Shown: positions 48,874 to 59,891 of the stretch, piece after piece
Position numbering within the stretch: the stretch's first letter is position 1
How the letters are laid out: each line of letters opens with the position of its first letter
From: Mobula hypostoma
Taxonomy: Eukaryota
Reading direction: 5' to 3'
DNA: 64,000 bases
Assembly (NCBI RefSeq): GCF_963921235.1
Contig: NC_086108.1
Coordinates: 14,756,001-14,820,000 of the forward strand
The notes under the pieces: model-generated
Database searches by the model: none
The model's input: the letters and a program-made list of their open reading frames with translations, nothing else
What the model was told of the DNA's origin: nothing
Translations under genes and position numbers: made by a program

Positions 48874-49048
48874 ACCTACAAGATGGCCACTTCAGCCAGC
48901 GCCGGCCTCAACAAGGTGGTCAAGAAGAACTACATGGAGCTGCCACAGGACGGCAAAGTGCAGGCCATGTACATCTGGATCGACGGCACAGGAGAGGCGG
49001 TGCGCTGCAAGACGAGAACCCTGGATCGGGAGCCCAAGACCGTCAGTG
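48874..49048 (+). CDS. GLUL: GLUL exon with the cytosolic-form start ATG at 48883 ([55 protein letters not shown])
   Basis: cctgcag acceptor, G|gtaggt donor; 166 nt from the ATG; YIWIDG..RCKTRTL GSII motif. Confidence 0.97.
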
Positions 49049-50148
49049 GTAGGTCCAATCCCTCTCCCGAGATACGCCGGCCAGTAGCCCCCCAGGTCGG
49101 GGAGACACGCTCACTCACCGTTATCTTTAATCCATTCCATACCCCTGTTCGTTGAACTGCCCCCACGGTTGGTAGCTATGTGTTTTGGGTCCTGCTCGAG
49201 CTGCCTGCTTGCATTTGCCTCACTTCTCGACCTCAGCCTGCTGGTCGCTCACCCTGCTCCCAGACTTCCTCTGCTTGACTAGCCACTGTCCTCGGGAGGC
49301 TCTCTGGGTATGAAATCGCGTGCCTTCCCCGGGCACTGCTGCCGGAATATTTAACTTTTGGAATGTGGACTGCATGGCTTCCCAATTATTCCTAATGTAA
49401 ACACTGGAAAGACGCTTTGGCTTGGAGCCAGTTTAAATCCAGATGGAGCTCTGCTTTTTTTTGAGAAATTTTAAAGAAAAGTCGGCTGTGTTGTAATGAA
49501 TTAAGCGTGTCAGCCTTGCTACGGTGACCCTTGCAATCACCACAGTAACGCTGCCATTTCGCATGGTGCTCTCGATAAAGCCAAGTGTGACATGACTCTT
49601 CAATCCGTGCTTTTTGTGCCTTGTCTCACAGGTTCTTTAGTCCATGTCTGTGCAGTAAATGCACTGTTTCAGTGCAAGGTGTGAAATTGCAGTTGTTTTT
49701 GCCTGCATCACAATTTTACTAAAATTGCATTGCAAATGTTTCTATTGCAGCAGACATGGTTGGCTATCTTCCCCTAGACTGGGCAATGTGATTGTTGCAG
49801 TTGTCTGCTTTGGAGACCCCTGGTTGAAGGCAATGGTCTGCCTCAAAAAGTTCACTATGGAGTTTTAATTATTTGCACGTAAGATAGGTAAATATGACAT
49901 GGGGTAGGGAGGTGGTTGGTGGGGGATGAAACCATTTAGAGCAATTTTCCACTGCTATGGACTTCATACGCTTCAAACGCATAATACTTCTGCTCACGCT
50001 GCCTCCAGGCGCCTTCACATGATGTACTGAGACAATGTGAGTTGCTGTTCATGAGTTTGCTTTGTTGTCTGAATGGCCCTTTCTTTGAGCTGGGAGACTT
50101 TGACTTTTGCGTCACGTTAGCATTCTGTAACGCTTTTGTCCATTTCAG

Positions 50149-50310
50149 ATCTGCCAGAGTGGAACTTCGACGGCTCCAGTACCTATCAGTCAGAGGGATC
50201 CAATAGCGACATGTACCTGATTCCGTCTGCCATATTCCGGGACCCCTTCCGTCAGGATCCAAACAAGCTTGTGCTGTGTGAGGTCCTCAAGTACAACAGG
50301 AAGCCAGCAG
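50149..50310 (+). CDS. GLUL: GLUL exon (D)[53 protein letters not shown]
   Basis: tttcag / gtatgg boundaries, 162 nt, WNFDGSST motif. Confidence 0.98.
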
Positions 50311-51499
50311 GTATGGAAGGCGTAGCGAGTTGCACGGCCACTCGGACTATCTTGCATTTTGCTGGTGCTGCTCAATTATCTCTCGCCCTGAAGCCCTGCA
50401 CGTTCTGAGTCTGTTAATCCGGGCTTAGTTTTTATGCTGACACTTGTTTGCTAATGTGTAAATGAAAGGAAGTGACATTGGGTTAGAGGTAGTGGACAAG
50501 TTCTTCTTCCCACTCTCAGCTACTGATGTACTTTTCATGGAACCAACCTTCCCAAGCTGTCATTCATAACATCATTTCCTTCAGGTTCAGACCTTCGGTC
50601 CCTTTCTATAAAGGCTAAAACATTCCCTGATCCCCTGAATCCATTCTGCCCCATTAATGCCCCGCAAGGCTTTGGGATCCACTTCTCATGTTGTTAGACC
50701 TGGATTGGCCCACTCAGTTGATGCTGTTCCTGTGAAATTACTTTGGTTGAAAGTTTTACTTTGAAAGGCATGGGATCATACTGAAGCAAATCTCTTCTGT
50801 CTCATTTCCTGTCTACCTGTAGCCCTGTAAATTTTATCTCTGCATATCGTTCTCTGTTCAGTACCCTGATGAGAACATGCAGAGCATAGAATTTTAGAGT
50901 GGTCAGCCCAACTTGTAGAGCTGACCACAATGCCAATTTAAACTGCACGTGGTCTCCATTCTCTGCGGATTCATGTCTGTCTGAATACTTATTAAATGTT
51001 GCTATCATGTCTGCTTCTACCACCTCCCCTAACAGTGCATCCAAGGCTCCTATCATTCTGTATAGTTAAAAGAAACACACATTTGCCTCACTCATTTCTT
51101 TTAAACATGCCCCCTCTCACCTGAAACCTATACCTAGTACTGTTTGACATTTCTATTCTGGGGTAAACTATTCTGTCTTGTGTATATCTCTTTAATATTT
51201 ATTTCTGTCAGTCCTCCTGTCAGCCTCTGAACCTCCAGCGAAAGCAACCTCAGTCAGCCAACTTCTCCCCAATCTGGTCAACATCCTGGTGAATTTCTTC
51301 TGTTTCTGCTATAATGGGGTCAATAGAATCAGCCACATTACATCCATCGTTTTAAGTCCAGGGCTTCAGTGTCATTGTCTCTTGTCGCCCTCGACGTAAC
51401 TCTTACTTGTTAAGTGTTTGCTAAAGCTAATATTAAATAGTTTCTTTTGAGGGGAAATGTTACATAATTGATGTTGCAACCTGTTGTTTCTTTCTACAG

Positions 51500-51646
51500 A
51501 AAGTAATCTTAGAAATTCCTGTCAAAAAATCATGTCTATGATTTCAAACCAGTGCCCCTGGTTTGGGATGGAACAGGAATATACTTTGCTGGGTACAGAT
51601 GGGCACCCCTTCGGATGGCCTTCCAATGGTTTTCCTGGACCACAAG
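51500..51646 (+). CDS. GLUL: GLUL exon (E)[48 protein letters not shown]
   Basis: ctacag / gtgcgc boundaries, 147 nt, PWFGMEQEY motif. Confidence 0.98.
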
Positions 51647-53292
51647 GTGCGCTATCACTTTCTATCCCGTGTTTTAGAAAAATGTTAGTGATGCTGGTAG
51701 TAAGACCTTGCATTTCCCAGTATGTGGGAGGACAAAATGAGACTGGGTAAGTAGTGCTTATTCCAGTTGGACTCGATTGGCTGAAGGGCTGAAGGGACTG
51801 TTTCAATGTATTATTACTGTAGTGGTTAAGTTTCAGGCTGTTCCCAAGTTAGCAACATCTGATCTGTGGACATCCCAGCAAATGAATGTGTTTCCATAAA
51901 TTCAAAAATGTACATGCATACATTTGTTGCTGTGATCAGCAAAAAGTTTCTTTTTTTCTCATTTAGTAATTGCTATTTTCAGCCTGATGTGCCTTCCATG
52001 TCAATCATTGCAATACTGGAGAAGTGGTTACCATATTGAGTGTATTTCTAATTTGTGGTCACAATTGGCTGCAAAGTAGAATCTGTTGTTTACCTGGGGA
52101 CAGCCTGACAACCCAGGCATGACAGCGCGTGCTGTAACTGTGGGATTTTCCTTTGGTTAGTAAAATCACAAGGAACCACTTGGTTCAGCCTTGCCATTTG
52201 GGGAAGGAAGTGTGTGATCTTTTACCAGTCAGCACTGTATGAGATGTTTATTGCACTCTGCAGTGATCCAGCCAGTTGCTTTAAATCAGGACGAGAATAA
52301 AAGTAAAACAGGCCACCATCTCACAGTCAGCACTACTGAAAATGGGTCTTGCAAAATTACTCCAGGCCTGTACGTCTTCATGGGTCTCAAACTGTGGTTC
52401 TGGTGTCCAGAAGGAATTGTTCTGAACTGCAGAGGTGTGTGGTGTCGAGACATCCTGGTCAATGGGCATCAAAGGGAAAATGCAAGTGGTTGAAATCAAA
52501 CCTTGCACGGAGTAAGGTGGTTGTCAAATTATCCCGGACCCAAAATATCACAAAGGAGGTTCTGATGGCAGTATTCTGAGTTCATCGTTGAGATCCATGA
52601 GAAGATTGGAAGTGGGGATGTTACGGCTGTTCACAATTATGTTCCATTCACAACTTGTCTGCACGCAGCAAGACCCAGACAACATTGAAGTGTGAACTGA
52701 TAATTGACAAGTAACCTTTGTGCCTGGTGCCAACCAGTGATCACCTCTACTTGACACTCAGTGCCATTTCCATCACTGAGTTCTCCATCGGTCTGAGGTG
52801 GGTGACTCATGTCCTGACACCCCAAGACCGTCTAGAAGGCGGGAGTGAGATGCAGCCAGGAGTGAGGGGCAGCACTATTAGGCGTAATGACTGCAGCTGC
52901 TCCTCACCATTCATTTCCTTCACCACAGTGTCAACCATCTACAAAATGGTCTGCAGTTATATTCTGAATTGTTGGATAGCACCTCCCAAATCTAAAGCCC
53001 CCCCACCATCAAGAAGGATAGGAAGGAATACCACCACCTATGTTTCTCTCCAAAGGGCAGACCATCCTGACCCGAAAATACATCATCACTCGGTCTCGAA
53101 CTCTCACCCCAGCAGCACTGTGGGAACGCCTTCTTCGGAAGGCTTGCAACAGTCCAAGAATGTGGCTCCACTCTAATCTTCTCAAGGGCATTTGAGGATC
53201 AGTAATAATGCTGGCCCTGCCAGTGACATCCATCTCTTGAAAAGGTTTAACTTCTGTTCCTGTTATTTAATTGCTATCTGTCTGTCTTACAG

Positions 53293-53420
53293 GGCCGTAC
53301 TACTGTGGAGTTGGTGCAGACAAAGCATACGGCCGTGACATTGTAGAAGCCCATTACCGAGCCTGCCTCTATGCTGGAATTAACATCTCTGGAACAAACG
53401 CTGAGGTTATGGCTTCACAG
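53293..53420 (+). CDS. GLUL: GLUL exon (G)[42 protein letters not shown]
   Basis: ttacag / gtaaga boundaries, 128 nt; read from the sequence because it is absent from the ORF track. Confidence 0.97.
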
Positions 53421-54911
53421 GTAAGATGATTGGTAATCATTCCTTAACGAACTGATAAAGGCGGGTGTTTTGTGGAGATATCAGAGTGCTAATGGTGTTG
53501 AAGAGGTGTGGAGAGGATCAGTGTAGTCAATTGTATTAATTACATTCCATTTTCAACTTGCTTTGTGTGTTTAATTTGCTAAATTGCAGCCTAATGTCTC
53601 CCACTCGGATGACATTCCAGGACTGGATCTGTGAATTGTTGGTAAGTGGACAGAAAATGAACAGGCAGCAACAGGGAGAGAACTTGAACAGGCAGAGATG
53701 GCAAGTGGCCATAGTTCAGCACGTGCCTACCTGGATTTGTGAATTCAAACATTGATTTTCTGACGACATGAATATTATTTTGCCCGAGTGTTCTGCTGTT
53801 GGGTGGGATGTTGTGTGGTACAGCTGGCCGTGCATGAAGACTTGTTAATGTTCGATGTGCGATATACTGAGCTGACACCAACATTGCTCAAGGTCTGAAG
53901 GGAAGGTGGCATTCTGAAGCGGGGCTAGTTGTGAGATTTAGAACTGATTTCAGAGTGATTGGGGTAATTGCCGTTAACGATCATGGTGCTGGTATGCTCA
54001 AGGATGCCAGCTACGGTGCAGGAAGCTTGTAAATCTGACGTAGGGTGTTGACCCAAAATGTCAGCAATTACTTTACCCCCTGCTTTACCTGCTGAGTTGC
54101 TGCAGTAATTTTAGTGCTACAGTTCTTGTAAATGCCATTGGTAGATTTTGGGGTGTGATTGGCTGGGTTTGCCCCATATAGAAATAGGAAGTTTTCATCT
54201 CACTGAGAAGGAGATGAACTGACAAGTGCCCGATTTCTAATCCCAAAGGAAGGCTTGCCAGTGCTTCTTCCACACTGCTGGAATACTACCTTGGAATTTT
54301 ATGGTTGTCCCTGGTGCAGGACTCGGACCATCTGATTGGGGAAATGCTGTTGGGAGAGAGTTCTATTTAGATCCGATGATGAGAGTTGACCGATATTTTT
54401 CCTCGTTTGGTGGGGGGAGGGGGTCTACAACTTGAAAGGGGACCGTGCAAGTAGCAGTGCTTCCTTGCACTGGCTGGCCTTCTGTTGCTGGCTTTGGGTG
54501 GTACCGTTGGAGTAGCCTGGTGAGTGCGGCTGGTGGAGGGAAGGCGGGTGCGTTCCGGGGATAATTAGGTGCCGAATCAAGTGACCTGCTTGACTTGCGT
54601 GGTGAGATTCTGAGTTGTTGGAGCTGTGTTCACACAGCCATTTGTACCGTGGAATCTCACAGGACATGGGATCCCCAGCCTCTGATCTGCTCTGGCCAGG
54701 GTGTTTGTGTGGCTGGTTCAGTGGAGGCAGATGCATTAGTGTTTTGTCGGGGTTTCATTAAAACAGTAAATGAGACTGAGGTGCAAAAACACAATCAATG
54801 GTAAACAGTTTTCCTACCCTGGGAAAAGGTTGTGTGCACTCCATCTCTACCCTTCAGATTTTACACACCTCTACAAGGTCATCCCCAGTTTCTTGCATTC
54901 CAAGGAATAAG

Positions 54912-56320
54912 AAACAGAAAACCTACAGCACAATACAGGCCCTTCTGCCCACAAAGCTGTGCCGAACATGTCCTTACCTTAGAACTACCTAGGCTTACCC
55001 ATAGCCCTTTTCTAAACATCCAGGAGTCTCTTAAAAGACCCTATTGTTTCCGCCACCACCAGCAGCCCATTCCACGCACTCACAACTCTGCATATAAAAA
55101 AAAACTTACCCCTGACATCTCCTCTTTACCTGCTTATAAGCACCTTAAAACTGTGTCCTCTCGTGCTAGCCATTTCAGCCCTGGGAAAAAGCCTCTGACT
55201 ATCCACACGATCAATGCTTCTCATCATCTTGTAAACCTCTGTCAGGTCACTTCTCATCATCCTCTGTCGCTCCAAGGAGAAAAGGCTGAGTTCACTCAAC
55301 CTATTCTCATAAGGCATGCGCCCTAATCTAAGCAACATCCTTGTAAATCTCCTGTGCACCCTTTCTATGGCTTCCACGTCCTTCCTGTAGTGAGGCGGCC
55401 AGAACTGAGCACAGTACTCCAGGTGGGGTCTGACCAGGGTCTTGTCTTGTCCATACTGTACCAACCGCTGCCGCTGGGCTATAAATGTGCAGGAGCAATG
55501 TGTGGTTAAGTGCCTTGCTGAAGGACACTGCCCCAGCTGAGGCTCGAACTCATGACCTTCAGATCACTAGTCCCACGCCTTAACCACTTGGCCACACGCC
55601 AACTATATAGCTGCAACATTACCTCTCGGCTCCTAAACTTAATTCCACGATTGATGAAGGCCAATGCACCGTATGCCACAGAGTCAACCTGTGTAGCAGC
55701 TTTGAGTGTCCTATGGACTCGGACCCCAAGATCCCTCTGATCCACCACACTGCCAAGATTCTTACCATTAATACTATGCCATCATATTTGACCTACCAAA
55801 ATGAATCACCTCACACTTATCTGGGTTGAACTCCAACTGCCACTTCTTAGTCCAGTTTTGCATCCTATCAATGTCCCGCTGTAACCTCTGACAGCCCTCC
55901 ACACTATCCACAACACCCTCCCCCCAACCTTTGTGTCATCAGCAGATTTACTAACCCATCCCTCCACTTCCTCATCCAGGTCATTTATAAAAAACACAAA
56001 GAGTAGGGGTCCGGAACAGATCCCTGAGACACACCACTGGTCACTGGCCTCTATGCAGAATATGACCCGTCTACAACCACTCTTTGCCTTCTGTAGGCAA
56101 GCCAGTTCTGGATCCACAAAACAATGTCCCCTTGGATCTCATGCCTCCTTACTTTCTCAATAGGCCTTGCATGGGGTACCTTATCAAATGCCTTGCTAAA
56201 ATCCATATACACTGCATCTATGGCTCTACCTTCATCAATGTGTTTTTGTCACATCCTCAAAAAATTCAATCAGACTGTTAAGGCACGACCTGTCTTTGAC
56301 AAAGCCATGCTGACTATTCA
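54912..56320 (-). mobile_element. CR1 LINE in a GLUL intron
   Basis: LVRPHLEYCAQFW and FINDLDEEVEGWVSK.ADDTK motifs. Confidence 0.85.
55441..55603 (-). mobile_element. tRNA-derived CORE-type SINE nested in CR1
   Basis: Minus strand: A box TGGCCAAGTGG, B box GAGTTCGAGCC, core gtgtccttcagcaaggcacttaacc, acaag-repeat tail. Confidence 0.7.
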
Positions 56321-56681
56321 CTGGACTCACTGGTCTATAATCTCCTGGGTTATCCCTACCTGCCCAACCTCACTTCATAATTCGGGCCTTTGAGTCCTGA
56401 TAGCATTGTTGTAAATCTCTACATTTTTTTTTTTCCATTTTAATGAGTGTGAAGTGTTACTGATCTCTTGGTCATGAAGACCACCTTAAATGTGCACCAT
56501 CATTGGGTCTCTGTCCTGATTGGCTGCAACTCGGAAAGAGAAGTCGTAATGCAATCCTCAATAACGTGTGCATTGCTAGGAATATGGATAAACCATCTCC
56601 GAAGCAATATCTTAACAATAAAGTTGCAGTTGGTGCAATTCTTGCTTTCAAACTAATCTATACGTCTTGACTTTATTACAG

Positions 56682-56881
56682 TGGGAGTACCAGGTTGGGC
56701 CCTGTGAAGGCATTGACATGGGTGACCACTTGTGGATGTCACGATTCATTCTGCACAGGGTGTGTGAGGATTTTGGCATCATTGCCAGCTTTGACCCAAA
56801 GCCCATACCTGGTAACTGGAATGGTGCTGGCTGCCACACCAACTTCAGCACCAAGGCAATGCGGGAAGACAACGGGTTGAA
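56682..56881 (+). CDS. GLUL: GLUL exon [66 protein letters not shown](K)
   Basis: ttacag / gtgagt boundaries, 200 nt, [15 protein letters not shown] catalytic signature. Confidence 0.98.
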
Positions 56882-57842
56882 GTGAGTATTACACCTTGGG
56901 GCTGAGTGTCTGAAGCAGAAACGGGGGAATCCTTCATGTTCTAACCTTGCTGTACTCAAGTGGGAGGTGGGGAGGTTATGGTGAAATTACTTTTCCTCAA
57001 CTGGTGCGTCCTTAATGGTACGAAAATATGAATTCTCTCCTTTGATGGTAGGTTGGCGTTGCAAGTTCATAAGGAAAATTCATTTCTCAACTCAGTGCAA
57101 TTCATTATCATAGGCAAAAGTCCATGTTCGCACAGGTGCAATAAAACTAACTTGCAGTGGCATCACAGACGATAATGCTGCATTAGATAAGCATCATTCA
57201 CATGAAAAAAATTAGACACACCGTGTTTACACAAAGGACTACAATTAGAACAAAGCATCAATTTATTTTGGTGCAAAGTGGGCATACTGTTGCTAAACTC
57301 TGTTGATTGGGGCTGTACCAGTTGATTCAAGAATCAAAGGGTCAAAGGGAAGTAGCATTTTATTAATTTAGAGATACAGTAGGGAACCTTTGGCCCTTCG
57401 AGCTGCTCCATCAGCAACCCACCATTTTAACTCTGCCCCACTCCCCACTCACCGGTACATTGTTGGACTGTGGAAGGAAGCCAAGAGGAGGAAACTGGTG
57501 CATTCCACAGGGAGGACGTGGGATTGAACTCCGAACTGCAGAACACCCTGAGCTGCAATAGTGTCACACTAACCTCTATGCTACCATGTTCTTGAGCCTG
57601 GAGATGTGGAACTACCAGGCTTCTGTACCTCCTGCTTATGGTGGTAGCTGTAAAAAGATGCTATCAGCTAGATAGTGAGGATCTTTGGATATTGCCTTGA
57701 TGCAGTGCCTCCTGTGGATACTACCAGTGGTGGGGAGGATTGCACCTATGATTTATCGGGTTACGTTCACTGCTGTCTGCAGCTTCTTGTGCTCCTGTAC
57801 ATTCAAGTTGGCACATAGCAGTAAAACTATTCTTTCCTTTAG

Positions 57843-58161
57843 ATTCATTGAGGAATGCATTGAAAAACTTGGCAAGAGGCATCAATACCACATCCGTGCC
57901 TATGATCCCAAGGGAGGGTTGGACAATGCCAGGCGTCTGACAGGCTACCACGAAACTTCCAATATTAATGAGTTCTCAGCTGGAGTTGCCAACAGAGGAG
58001 CCAGCATCCGCATACCTCGTTCTGTTGGCCAAGACAAGAAAGGTTACTTTGAAGACCGCCGTCCATCTGCCAATTGTGACCCCTATGCAGTCACTGAAGC
58101 ATTGGTCCGTACATGCCTATTGAATGAAACTGGTGATGTGCCTGTTGAGTACAAGAACTGA
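57843..58161 (+). CDS. GLUL: GLUL last coding exon [38 protein letters not shown]...[15 protein letters not shown]...VEYKN*
   Basis: ctttag acceptor; exons sum 166+162+147+128+200+319=1122 nt, i.e. 373 aa plus stop, with an intact frame. Confidence 0.98.
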
Positions 58162-59885
58162 AGCAGAATGGACCTGGCATCTGTGGCATTGATTTCCTCA
58201 GAACTCTCCTATGTTGTCCAGGTGCTGAGGGGAAGGGGAGGGAGGTGTTGGTTTGATTTATATTTCTGAACATTATTTTTTCTGTATCTATCTGGAAGGC
58301 AAGGAACATGTGTGGACAAGATATCTTAGCTGTTTATCTTGAACAGTTGAAGATAGATCTTCAAGTTGACTGGTCAACTTCACATGGACAATAACCTGTA
58401 ATTTAATACAGTCAACTTTGATATTAAAGCAGGGCTTTTTTTATTATAATACAACATTAATATTTTTTGGTTGAGTGACACTTTCTCTACTAAAAGAAAG
58501 TCTCTTGGATCTATACTGATCCACAGTAATACTAATACTGTAGGCTGCACAGTTTTACTAAGTTTTAATGATAGTTTGCATTGTCTTCAGAAAAATTTTC
58601 TGCAGTACTTGAAGAGGTTCTACAAAATGGCTGGCTGGTGGGTTTTAAATTATGATGACCAATTCCATTAATACTCGGGAGGAAGAAGTATCTGTATAAC
58701 CTGGTACAGTCTGGCCAGATAATGTAACAGTATTGCAGAAAGTTCTGGAGCTTTCTAAGTGATGCCTTGCATTTAATGACTACACTGTCCTAAGGATGAT
58801 TCCTTCAAATATCAAATGTGCTTGGCTATTCTCCGGATGAGGAGAAGGGGAGATTTGTGGATGGGGTATTGTTTAACAAATATTTGTAAAGTTGGGCTGT
58901 GACACTAATTGTGCATTCTATTTTTCAAAAGAGGGAATTAATGTTGGTAACCAATATGTGATTGTCCATTGTGAGTTGTTTGACATTTTCTAGATAATAT
59001 TAAGGCATTATAGGGAAAAGTTCAGTTGTAAAAAATTATTTCCAAGTTTTTCTGTAATCCCTGTGAGTTATATGTACAGGGAATAATTCCCAGTGCTACA
59101 TTTTTGTCCGTTTCTGAAGCATGCTGTAAGCATTGATGTCTTTTTAACGGTATTTTGACGGTACAGATTTGTTTCAGGGTTCAACTTTGCTGTAGATTTT
59201 TTAATTGAACTTTTTTAAATTGCTATCTCAGTCTTGTATTTTGAATTGTCATTGCTAAAATTGAGTAAAGTGGATTTTAATCACATGTCTGAATCAAACC
59301 TACAAAGTGAGTCTTATGTTGATTGTGTCCCACACTGAGCCTGGTCTACAAGGACACGTGTAAGAAAGAGGGTGTGTTAGTGTATTTGCTTCATGCCCAC
59401 TTACTGTCCAACATGGGCCTCAAGTAATTTCCACTCGAATGCTGACTGGGTGCTTTAGGTGTCTTTGTCACTTTTGCTGGTACTGTCTTCTCAAAACAAT
59501 GGGACTCCGTGCACAGCATTAGTCTTCACACTTCAGTTGAGGCCATCTCTGGGACTTTAGAGGGTGTTTTCCCTCACAAACGTGCCTCGTCCTATCAGCC
59601 CTGCACCTGCTGTTCTTCCTTCAAACTTGCAGCTGTGTTGCAATGCAACACATGGAGATGTAAAAGATTGTATTATCCCTGATACTTTCTTTCAACCTCT
59701 TGCCCCCACCCACCCCCCAAAGGAGCTGTTTACATTTGACGTTAAAAATGATGGGGATTGCTGTGGATTCTTTGCAGCTCGGGTAGTGTGTGGTAACAGC
59801 CTGTAACACTTTCAGGCCAAGATCCTGATTGTGTTTGTTAATGGAGTGGTGGGTGCAGTTGGAGGGAAATCAGTACACAGTGAGT

Positions 59886-59891
59886 AATAAA
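59886..59891 (+). terminator. Candidate GLUL polyadenylation signal (alternative ATTAAA at 58423-58428)
   Basis: AATAAA after ~1.7 kb of TE-free AU-rich sequence; not verifiable without transcripts. Confidence 0.35.

Larger units (their letters stand above)
47900..49350. promoter_or_regulatory. GLUL: CpG island over the GLUL 5' end
   Basis: Visible CpG enrichment (ggcgtgcgcggtgcgcc, gccggcc) against a CpG-poor background; edges estimated by eye. Confidence 0.7.

Noticed and set aside
55525..55603. tRNA-like sequence on the minus strand
   Set aside because: Continues into a SINE core and tail inside a CR1; a SINE head rather than a tRNA gene
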